DNA of 64,000 nucleotides from assembly GCA_051294905.1 (NCBI GenBank), contig CM119372.1, positions 3,598,001-3,662,000 on the forward strand. The letters are read 5' to 3'. How positions within the stretch are numbered: the stretch's first letter is position 1; every line of letters begins with the position of its first letter. This DNA comes from Botryllus schlosseri (taxonomy: Eukaryota). Below the pieces are notes generated by a model, which saw only the letters and a program-made list of their open reading frames with translations, did no database searches and was not told where the DNA came from. Below are positions 41,814 to 52,329 of the stretch, piece by piece. Both the position numbers and the translations under genes were made by a program.

Positions 41814-42957
41814 CAGGGGTCGCCAACTCAAAATAGGTCGCGGGCCACTTTTCCAAATTCCTGGAGGCCGCGGGCCGCATGACATCAATATCGATATAAA
41901 AGTAGGCAACGCAGTTCAACAACCACGTCTGATAACTCTACGTTATTACAACGCTGTGCTTTCTAACATAGGCGACGGTTATAGCCACCACAAAAGAACT
42001 AATATTTTATTGAACAAACACAAATACAACAAAAAGTATCATGATCATCAATGTCATTATATTTTGGACTATGAGCTGTACACGATACCTAACAATGACA
42101 ACACTCTTTAGCCGCTAAAACAGGGGTGGCCAACATTTTTGTAATTCACGGCCGCATTTCGCGTACTCATGTAGCCTGCGGCCGCATACCGGTGGTTAGT
42201 CGTGATAAACTAGCTGGGGCCAAATACCCACGTTATCATGTCCATGTCCATTGCTGGTACACTCCGAACTAATCTATATGCACATATCGGCTTACTATGC
42301 GCACCAAATCGTTAGTAGTTATGTTGCAAAGAGCCACAGATAACCAATCTGTAGTCGCGCGAAGCGCGAAAAATTTTTCATGTTCATGAGTGAATTTCGT
42401 CAATAAATATTAGTATAGTTTCACATATTACTATAAAATATTTATCCTTTCTCGGCCAATGTGATCAGATTCCCAGATACAGCTGATGCAGGGGGTATCT
42501 GCGAAAACTTAGGGTTGTTATTACAAGTGTCGACAGCCGCATAATTTTCCTTCTACTGCTGCAGATTGGCCACCCATGGATTGAAGAATCAATATTGGGG
42601 TTAGCTATACACGGTAGGCCTACTTGCTAGACAACTATCTCCTCGTAAAGCATGGTCTTTTGGAGCGCCCGAAGTCGTTTTGCAGGCGTCTCGGTCTTGG
42701 CAGTGGTGGGCCATTGCACGTCAAGGCAATATGCCCATTCGTACCAGCAAATTCTTCATCCATGGAATGATATTACCATGCCGAAGCCGTATCAACTAGT
42801 GAGTAATAGTGATAGTGGGCACATAGAATGGCTCACTTTGTAAAACAACAACATTATGTTTCAACTGAAATCAATTTTAGCGTTTCAACATGATTTACTA
42901 AGCGTGTTTCTGAATTTTTTTCAAATCAGGTCGCGGGCCGCGTGTTGGAGACCCCTG
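41814..42957. mobile_element. hAT-type MITE inside the 5' LTR, with a further MITE at about 42121-42578
   Basis: CAGGGGTCGCCAAC / GTTGGAGACCCCTG termini; perfect TSD aattagag. Confidence 0.85.
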
Positions 42958-45182
42958 AATTAGAGCTTAATGTCTCTGATGATCTGTATAGAAGTACAGC
43001 TAAGGTGAGCTAACCAATCGTCTTTGTGCTTGGCTATACAATACTTATCGCGAGAAGCTGTTGCCTTGGGTGAAGTTCTTCGTAACAGATATATGCTCAA
43101 TACAATCAGTTTATTCAGACGTTTGCAGTAGTTGCGTATAGAGTCTCATAATCAAAAGTAATCTCTCACGCGTGTTACATACACTTATATAGAGTGTCAA
43201 GACATCACAACAAGAAGTAGTTTCTTATTCGAGACATAGCGGAATATCATGGACGAGTGATCACAGCTGGATAGCTACACTTCCTTCTCGCGTAAAGTGT
43301 TCGTTGAACTTCTTAATACGGCTACTTGCTCTGTTGAGTTGAGTTTTAACGATACCATCTACATGCAAACCGACGGTGTAGCTATGGGTAGCCCTCTTGG
43401 CCCGATTTTAGCCAATACATTTGTGGGATTCCATGAAAACAGACTTTTCGCCGCAGATGAAACCATGTCGACGACACCTTCGTTATCTGTCAAAATGAGA
43501 CGGAGTTCGATGACTTCTTTGATAAGTTGAATTCTCTACGCTCGTCTTTAAAATTCACATTTGAAAAAGAGCGTGCTAACTCGTTACCATTCTTAGACGT
43601 TCTAGTGGAAAAACGGGATATTAGCTTTGTCACTTCGGTTTACCGGAAGCCAACGTTTACAGGGCATTATATACGCTGGAATTCTTTTAGCCCGAATCGC
43701 CGTAAACTAAATTTGATTGGCACGTTGGTGCACAGAGCCTTGATGATTTGTTCGGATGTAAAATTAAACGTGGAGCTAGAATATATCCGCAAAATTCTAA
43801 TCGATAACGGGTACCCCGAACACATCATCAAGAGTTCTGTGGACAGAAAACTCAGTAATTTCAATCCCAACAAATCACATAACACGAACACACGGTCTGA
43901 GGAAAATGTATATATACATTTACCGTGGCTGGGCCACATCTCTTCCCGGTTTGAAAAGCAATGGATTTCTGCTGTAAATCGCTGTTACGATAACGTAAAA
44001 ACTAATGTTGTGTTTACCACCAAACAATTGCTTCCTGCTTCTCAACAAAGCAATATAGTCTATGGTTTCAAGTGCCCCTGTGATTGTCGGTACGTGGGAA
44101 AAACAACTCAGCGCTTGCAGGAACGCATCAAACAACATGTTCCGAGCGTTATTAGATCACGCACATTGGACTCTCGCGAAGACGCAGCCGTAACTGATCT
44201 GCGATTACTAGAACGTAATCAGGCCATGGCTATGAACTCTGCCATCGGCAAGCATTTGGCTGAGAATGCAACTTGAGCTTAAAAACCATCGCGATGAAAG
44301 ATTTTCTATTTTAGGTAGAGGCCGCACTAATTTTCACCTGTCTGCACTGGAATCGACTTATATTAAAATCCACCGACCGCGCTTGTGTCAGCAGAAGGAA
44401 GTTTTAGTGAATCTAAAAATTGGCCACTAGCTGCGCTCGCAGTTTGCCTTAATCCAAATCCAAATCCAAAAGTTTTGAATTTTCAATTCCATGTCCAAGT
44501 CTAATCCGATTCTAACTTGATATTCAGTAAAAATGCTAATTTTTGCAAGGGAGACATTGGAAATTTTTCTTTCACAACCAACAATTCTCTTGATTTAAGA
44601 TAACTTAGCCAAGGGCTGCACCACTCATGTTTATTGGCACCGAGTGTACCATAGTGTAGTTTAACATAAGTACAATATTAACTGATCTGCATATAGTTTG
44701 TGGCTATACGCCACACGACATGTCAATCTCCCAGAAAATCAGTAAATCTAATCCAAATCCTAATCCGCTCATAAAAAACTCTAATCCTAAGCCAATCCAA
44801 ATCCGACAAAGTTTCACGAATCCGTTTTTTTTTTCTAATCCCAATCCTAATATATGTTCATCTCTGCCAAATAAGACAATATGTTTGAACCATAGTGTCC
44901 TATATAGTGTGGATCAGACATGGGGTGTGATTACTTCATGAATGTTATCGATTGCGATGACGATTACTTCTGACTATCGCGATTACGATTACAATTACGA
45001 TTACAGCAAAATCAGGCAGTATAGTCGATTAGGTTTACGATTACATAGCAAAAATAATCACGATTACATTTATTTTGCTTCTTAAAATTTTCTTTGAACA
45101 CATATTGGAAGGCAATATGACGACTGTGATGAAAAAGTTCTCATGAGAGAGCAACGTTCTTGTTTAACGAGACGTCATGACG

Positions 45183-45703
45183 CAGGGTTGTAATGACTCG
45201 AGTCAGACTCGAGTCGCGATATTTTGGTGACTCGACTTGACTCAAGTCATTTTCTTAAAAATGAAAAATGACTCGTCTCGACTCGAGTCAATTTGTGTAT
45301 TGACTCGGATTGTACTCGAGTCATTGCGCAGGACTCGGACCAAATCATATGACTCGAGACTGGGACTATCAAGACAGGCATTTCATTGTAATTTCGAAGA
45401 ATAGTAAAGTTATCACACTATTGTTATTTCGTCTATCAGTACTGGTACTTGCAAATGCTACCAAGATTGTTAAAAGTGAGGAAAATTAGTATATAATAAC
45501 GTGCGAAGCTATCGATATCACCGAGCAGAGTTGTAAAAAGGGGGTTTCCCATGACATAATCTCAGAACTGATCAGTCAACGCAATGACTTGGACTCGGAC
45601 TCGAGTCAAAACTCTATGAATCGGACTCGACACTCTACTCCATGACTTGGACTCGGACTTGACTCGGTGGTGAATTGAAAATGACTCGACTTGTCTCGAG
45701 TCA
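45183..45703. mobile_element. GACTCGAGTC-array MITE, right end missing, abutting the truncated transposase
   Basis: Close copy of 33877-34415 but lacking the TTACAACCCTG end. Confidence 0.8.
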
Positions 45704-45740
45704 ATACTATTATTCATATCCAATGTGCATTGCGTTGCAG

Positions 45741-47257
45741 TTAAAGAGAATCTTGTTCTGAAAGATGGAAAATTGGTTGGGCTGGTTCATGCTGGGTGTG
45801 GTAACGATGTGGAGCTGGCAAGTTCTATACATGGCAAGTATTCCTAATTTGAGCATGTTTTTTTTTTGCTTATTATGTATATTTCTTCAACAGTGTTTTA
45901 CATTCGCACCATCGATCGTAAGGTTTCCCAACCTTTTGCCTGGTACTGCACAAAATCAATCAAAGCTTGGAAGCTGGCAAATTTGACATGGCGTGTTATT
46001 ATGGAATGTGAAGCTAATGGCTTTGAAGTGCATGCGGTTGTTGCTGATGGCCATCCAATGAATCGTAAAATGTTCAAAATCATGAGTGGTTGTAAGGAAA
46101 TCCCGATGGGGAAATTGTTCATGGCACCTAACCCAGCTTCTTCTGATAGGGCCATTTACTTTTTGTCCGATCCTTCTCACTTGCTCAAGGTAAGCTGTGT
46201 TGTTTGACATTAATTTGTGACTCGTGAATATGTAGATTTGCATTCTCCATAGACTGTTCGAAACTCACTGTACAATTCACGGCCAGGTGGGTCCAAATTT
46301 CTGTGTTGGAGTGGACAGCATGTCCTATGGACTTATGTTGTGGACCTATTCTATAAGGACGCCGGTTCACTTTTGAGTGAATCAGGTCTCACACAGTCTC
46401 ATATTAACTTGACACCTTACACCAAGGTTAGTTTTCTTTAGGCTAACATCATGAAACAATATATTTTGGATATGGCTTATGGTCTATTGTCATTCAGATG
46501 AAAGTAGATCTCGCCAGAGGAGTTCTGAATTGGAAAGTGGGAAATTGCCTCTCGAAGATCACCGGAGCTGAAGGAACTTCGAAATTCATACTTCTTTTTT
46601 CCAAGTAAAATTCTTAATTCTAATTTTATTTTTGATTAATTTTGACTCTTTGCAGGTGGTTTGAGATCATCAATTGTGGCTATAAATGTCCAATAAGAAA
46701 AAACGATGAACGTTTGACATGGCTTCAGAAGGACTTTGTGAAATCGCTGATGGATTGGGAAGTAAGCAAGCTAAGTCTTGGTGAATTGTGAGCAGTTTCA
46801 TTCAAGTTTGCTGCATGTTTTAAGGAAGATGTATCCAAGCATCATAGAGGCGAGAGAAAAAGGATAATCGCGCGTCCAACTCTTGAGGGACTTATTTTCA
46901 CGTCGGTCAATTTGGTCAAATTGGCTGAAGTATTTCTGGAAGTGATGCCTCGTGTATGGCTCAAGTCATTTACTCAAGATATTCTTGAAGCGTGTTTCGG
47001 AAATCTGGTCTGTGTTAATTGTACAGCTTGTGGCATAATTTGATCGCTAATGCGTTCTAACCTAACAGAGAATGCAAGCATATAGATCACGGCATCCTGA
47101 TGCTTCGCAGGCATACTATGGGCTCCAACACCAGGTTCAGCGCAAGTCCATCAAGAAAATCAAAGGGTCCAATGCCGGTTCCTCCTCCACGCATGGCGCT
47201 AATAATGTTTGGACTACCATCTATGAAGAACCCATTGTCAAGAAGAAGAAAGTGTAA
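45741..47257 (+). CDS. P-element/THAP9-family transposase, 5'-truncated, seven exons
   Basis: Exons 45741-45833, 45894-46189, 46253-46426, 46498-46604, 46656-46761, 46825-47007, 47069-47257 splice into one open frame with VVADG, SDPSHLLKTVRN, MKVDLA and QDILEACFGNLR motifs. Confidence 0.9.
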
Positions 47258-48528
47258 TTCATAATCATTTCACAACAAGGTGAGATAGTTAGAGAACCCT
47301 TGATACAATTTCCTAAATTCTGATATGCATGGAAAAGGAAATTCCTCACTGTAACCAATCCTGATGTCCATCGAGGTTATATTATTGCATAACTAATCAA
47401 TTTTAGACCAAGGATTACCGCAGTGGCCGTGATAGATGATCATCATGAAAGCTGTCCATCAAGGTTATATTATTTTTTCACCTTCATCATATGTTAATGA
47501 AGCCGTAACCACTGCACTCTATGGTAGGAAGGAATAGGATTGTTTTATACTTTTGTGCTTGGAGTTTCGGCGGAATGTTGTAAACATGTGTATACAGGAT
47601 GGTTCTAACATTTGAGCGGTGCTATTACTAAGTAACGATTGAGGTTCAGCTAGAGACTGAAGCAATTTCACCCAGGCCAACGTTGCATCAATTGTTCCAC
47701 TTGTCCATCGTATGCTGCCGTATGATGTTATTTTTCAGATGAAGATGACCAGCCACATGACGCCGCGGACCATGCAAGGAGATTACAAAATATGAACCAT
47801 GCCAGGAAATCATAGAATCTGAAGAAAAATCGAAAACTGTCACTGACACACAACCCATTTGCTGGATATGAAAGGGTCATGGCGACCCGGAGATCTTTCA
47901 TTTTAACCGGGTTTATACTTTGGTCTCCGTGGTGCCTTCATGCACCAATCTGCTCGTACCAGTTGTGCCCCGGACAGCTCTGCATAACTGGCTAACATCT
48001 AGCGAATGGATGATAAATCGTCAATACTCAATATACTTGATAATTTGTCAATATACAATACCACACATGATGACTGTTGCAAGTTGCTTATTTATTGCTC
48101 AGATGAGAAATGAAAGGATTGCATGCCTAGAAGTCATCAACAATGCTTCTGGTGTGGTATATATAGTATTGTACCCTACACCTTAATGTGGTAGACGTTT
48201 GTTAATATTCGCATCGTCATTGAACCGTCATTCTTGTAATAACGTTTCTTGTTGGACCCTGCGATCACATACTTGTTGCAATGAGATGTCGATCCTTAGC
48301 AGCGCGGGTCTGAAAAATATAGCAGATTATTAACTAAAGAGGACACTGGCGGTGTGTTCAACTAAATCACAATGTACTGCAAGGACATTGTCTCGTCCAG
48401 ATTCACTAAAATCTACATTGTAAGTTATATGCAATGTTCCCTCTAAGCTGCACAAGTGTGCAAATGCGCAGACGATTGGTTATATGCCATCAATTTTGAA
48501 ATTGCAAACATTGTAAAACACTTTCAGA

Positions 48529-49412
48529 TCAAGGTTTTCCCTTCAAATCACCACGTGTACCCTGGCTTCCTTTATTTGACTCTCTTCCTTTCCGAAGCTT
48601 GTTAACTAGCTTCTTTGTGAAGGAGTGACCCAACACTGTAAGAAATAAGCCAATGGCATAGTCTATCACTAGTTTGGAATGGACACACGTTGCTCTGTTG
48701 ATGCTGCTTCTGAAGTTGAATACGTATGAACTTTTGACAACTCTGTCCTGCAAAATTGAAAAGTTCATTAACTTTGAGGATTTGCTGCATTCCCTCGTAA
48801 ACTCTCTGTAGACTCTCCTAAGAAGAAAGAGCAGTTCTGAGCTTGGATATACAAGCGCCCCAGCCTTGCGCTCCATCAGGGGGTTAACTTGCCAGTGTTA
48901 TTTATAAGATATTCAAGCAACTGGTCATTAAATTTTCGAATTGCCTTTCTCAAAGTAAAGCCAGCCATGTATTCTAAAATATCGCTCTCCCTTTCAGAAA
49001 TACTGGCAGAGACCAATGACTCGGGCTGGGGTGGATTCATTCCATTATCAATTATTTTTTCCATGAGCTTGAGTAAAAATTTGGCAGAGGAAAGCCTGTC
49101 GTTTGATTTTGTAAATAATATTGGATCACCGCAAACCTTACTGTAACTCATCACAATATCATCTGGATTTCTAGTGGAATTCATACTGGTAATCCATCCC
49201 GTAGCTAGTTCAATACCTTTTTCAGATAGTTCTGGTGGGTCTATGAACTCCAATGAGCGCAGCAATGGTTCAAGATCCACTGGTTGCTGAATAATATTTG
49301 GAACAGATATGGTGTCCATGCTTTCATCAAAGTCGTTGAAGAGAAGTTCATGGACAATTTCCAGGGGAATATCGTACCATTCTTCAACAACGTCACTAAC
49401 TTGCGAGGCCAT
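48529..49412 (-). CDS. Second gene of the P-type element (about 290 aa, one frameshift), resembling the P-transposase C-terminal region
   Basis: ORFs 48876-49412 and 48529-48876 meet at a C5 run/TGATG; motifs LEYMAGFTLRK, MERKAGALVYPS, C.H..VI...I.LFLTV.GHSFTK. Confidence 0.6.
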
Positions 49413-50470
49413 AATTTCAATAGAGATACAGTATAAATGAGTAAGCCGTGTACCTGGTGAAATTAAAATAATAATAATACAGCACTACAGACACTACAGT
49501 CGATGTTCAACTTAATCACAACTGTATACTACATGAAAAGTAATCTAGACAAGCTACGATAATAATAACACTTATGTGCAACTGATAAATCGCTCCTCAA
49601 AAGATTTGGTGTTCTAAACTTAGAAGATATGAGGAAGCTAGAAATTGCCAAGTTTATGTATTAACCCGCTACGTGTGCTTACGTTAGCCGGAGCATCACG
49701 GCAAACAACCGAAACATTCTGGCTGCGATGACTTGTCATTCAACCGTATCTGATTGACAGGCCACGCAGTTACCGTTCTATCCCATTCTGTTTTCCATGG
49801 ACACTATGCTTGAACGATTATGATTAATTTTTCCGCTGTTTCCGCGTTTTAGAGTTGCTATGCGCTAGCGCTCTGTGCAGTGTGCATAAAGCTTCAAAGG
49901 TCAACGACTGGAAGGGAAGTTCCGCTTTAAGCCGTGCCCGCTTTTTCTACAGGGTTGGCTTGCTCAAAAAGAGATCGGTTTTGTTCAAAATAAGGTCACC
50001 CCACTATCAAGGATTATTGTGCCATTAGGGTTAGAGTGAGGGTGACTGGTGTAAGTATCCGACCCTGTCCTGTGGATATACTTTCAGGAATCAGCTGTAT
50101 CCTGTATTAGGGTTAGGGATATTTGGATTGGAGTTGGGTTGCGTTAGGGTATCCCAAGACTAGGGTTGGAGGGGATAGACGTTGTGGACTCTATATAAGG
50201 AAAGGAACTAACCAAAATTTGTCCATTTTCATAACAAGGAGTTGGAATTCTGAATCCAATGATATTATTATTGTAGGTCGTGTTTTGCAGTTTTGAAAAG
50301 TGAAACCCGCTTGTGCCAAGCTGCCAACCGGTTGAACTGTGTTGTTAAAAGGTGGGAGCACTTTATTCCACCCTGCTCTTTTTTTTCAGTAACTTGTATT
50401 TAGTAGCCTTCTCAGGCAAGAGGTACAGATGCTAGACGACGAATTAGAATATGATTAACCTGATCCTAAA

Positions 50471-51892
50471 ATGACTGAAAGAATCACAAGAGAAGATTCG
50501 AGCCGTAGTGACTTGTCTGATCATCACCCAAACAGTGAGGATGAACCTGTTCTCAAGACTGATAACTGGAATATGACACGGAGAGAAATCAAACGTGTAT
50601 ACTCCACTGCTACCTTGCTGTTACATGAAACAGCATCTATCACTAGTGTTCCCCAGAGTTATGCAAATCCAAGTGTAGAACTCAACGGTGAAATAAAAGA
50701 TTTATCTGGCGGGCTATGGCCTTTCCGGGCATTCGATATTCACCAGCAAACTCTTCCTGACTTCATTGCGAATAATTCCAAGCAGCTGAATTGGTATGCA
50801 AGAGTTCGTTTAATAAAGAATATAGCATCTGCTATCTGCACTCGTCCTTGTGAAAATCACGACTCATTTTGTGGATATTTGTCTGAAGACTGTATAACAA
50901 TTAGTTGTGATGGGCAACATCGTCCATTTATTTGGAGTAGTGGGAATGATGAAAGCCAGCGCAAGATTCATATAAAAGATTTGGGACGTATATGTCATTT
51001 CATAATAACAAATGGTATCAAGTTAGGAAGCGAAATCTGTAAAGGAGACATCAAAAATTGTTTCTTGCAAGATTTCGATGAACAACGAATATCTAAGTCA
51101 ACAGAACCTGTTGAAACTGCCTATGATTTGTTGCAGCATTCCATCCACGACGAAATGGAGATCGATGAATTTTTGCAGCATCCATTTTTTTGGTCAGATA
51201 GAGAAAAAGAGGATTTCATTACTATTCTGTATGACTCTGTGGGGAGCAACGAAGGAGTCATATCTGAACTTGACGCCGATTTTGAAAGAGAGGTGTTTAG
51301 CGGGGACTGGACTCGGGTGTTGAAGCTTACATCACTAGAAAAGGATTCAGTAGCCAAAACCAAAGAGCTTAAAAAAAATCCAAATAAAAACAAGAATACT
51401 GTCGCAATGAATCTATTTGTTAACAAAGCTGATCCTGAAGCAAATATATACAAAATATACGAGTACGAGATTGATGAAAACAAGCTAATCAAGGGAAATA
51501 TGGTAGAAAAAACTGCTGGCGATTGGAAGAATATACTGGATGATCAGAATGCAGAATGTATTAATCGTCTTTGCAATGAATTGACTGACAGGCCACTCTG
51601 GGCAATGAAAGGTACTTGTGCGGTTGTTGGCGGGAAGATTATGAGAAGAATTGGTCCATTTGATGGTTACTCTTTGCACGATCTGATGAGGTTCCTCAGA
51701 AATAGAAAAGTTCACTGCTGGGAAATCAATAGCAAAACCGAACTGGAAAAGAAATACTATAAAGCGCTTGGAGGTTATTGGAATTTTTATTCAACGAGAT
51801 TTCCAAATCTACTGGTTTTTTTATACAGTCACAAGGATGCATTTCCCTACTACCAAGATGACGAACATTTAGGTAAAAAGGACACCCCATGA
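50471..51892 (+). CDS. IRE1/RNase L-like protein: degenerate kinase fold + KEN ribonuclease domain
   Basis: 473-aa open ORF. KDLGRICHFIITNG (subdomain IX), AYDLL..FLQHPFFWS..KEDFI, VFSGDW, SLHDLMRFLRNRKVH, LGGYWNFYSTRFPNLLVFLY match the IRE1/RNase L C-terminal pattern. HRD is replaced by CGY and DFG is absent. Confidence 0.85.
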   Translation: MTERITREDSSRSDLSDHHPNSEDEPVLKTDNWNMTRREIKRVYSTATLLLHETASITSVPQSYANPSVELNGEIKDLSGGLWPFRAFDIHQQTLPDFIANNSKQLNWYARVRLIKNIASAICTRPCENHDSFCGYLSEDCITISCDGQHRPFIWSSGNDESQRKIHIKDLGRICHFIITNGIKLGSEICKGDIKNCFLQDFDEQRISKSTEPVETAYDLLQHSIHDEMEIDEFLQHPFFWSDREKEDFITILYDSVGSNEGVISELDADFEREVFSGDWTRVLKLTSLEKDSVAKTKELKKNPNKNKNTVAMNLFVNKADPEANIYKIYEYEIDENKLIKGNMVEKTAGDWKNILDDQNAECINRLCNELTDRPLWAMKGTCAVVGGKIMRRIGPFDGYSLHDLMRFLRNRKVHCWEINSKTELEKKYYKALGGYWNFYSTRFPNLLVFLYSHKDAFPYYQDDEHLGKKDTP

Positions 51893-51922
51893 TGTAAGAA
51901 ATTTCCGCTACTTTCATAATAC

Positions 51923-52329
51923 TAGGGTTACCATATTTTGGAAATCTGAAAAGAGGACACTTTTTCAGACTTGCAAATCCGGTAGAGAATTCTGAAAAAA
52001 TGGTAAATTTTTCCCACTTCGTGGTCGGTTGACTGGAAAAAAGGTCAACTTCCTCGCTCACGCTCAGCGCCCAAAATACAGTTTTCCCCTACACATTGTC
52101 GGGTGGTTGACTATCAAATAAAGAAACAGAGAAGGTCAACTTTCCGCTCAGCTCCCCAAATACCCGCCGGAGCGTCACTTCGGTGCTCATTTACGGCATC
52201 TCAGTCAAATTCGGCTATAAATATGACCAAAATTCTCAAAAGAGGACAAAAGGGGGTCCTCCGGGGACACTTTCAAAAAAGTCAAAAAAGCGGACAAATC
52301 CTCTTGAAAGAGGACGTATGGTAACCCTA
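51923..52329. mobile_element. hAT-type MITE 30 bp downstream of the KEN gene stop
   Basis: TAGGGTTACCATA / TATGGTAACCCTA TIR; perfect TSD cataatac. Confidence 0.9.

Larger units (their letters stand above)
33845..43279 (-). mobile_element. LTR retroelement with no recognisable pol (non-autonomous/LARD-like)
   Basis: Direct repeats TG..CA at 33845-34767 and 41800-43279 (about 320 bp without inserted MITEs); 4-bp TSD cttc (33841-33844, 43280-43283). Minus-strand PBS-like TGGCGCCGCCGAG after the 5' LTR and purine tract GAGAAGAGA before the 3' LTR. Confidence 0.9.
33050..44430 (+). mobile_element. Penelope-like retroelement (RT + GIY-YIG), degenerate, split by an LTR element
   Basis: DKGSGVVILN, MYGLPKTHK..VPVRPI, SYDIVSLFTNVP on the left; QTDGVAMGSPLGP, LPFLDV, VYRKPT, NIVYGFKCPCDCRYVGKT..LQERIKQH on the right. 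Removing 33845-43283 restores DLAPPSFSRKVFVELL. Confidence 0.9.
44891..49808. mobile_element. P-superfamily DNA transposon
   Basis: TIR CATAGTGTCC (44891-44900) / GGACACTATG (49799-49808); 7-bp flanks tttgaac / cttgaac; encloses a P-type transposase. Confidence 0.75.

Noticed and set aside
50020..50170. Interstitial telomere or chromosome end
   Set aside because: Only scattered one- or two-unit TTAGGG matches; more likely a repeat fragment.
50471..51892. Assigning the gene symbol IRE1/ERN1 or RNASEL
   Set aside because: Lacks the luminal/TM region and active kinase of IRE1 and the ankyrin repeats of RNase L; orthology cannot be shown without a tree.
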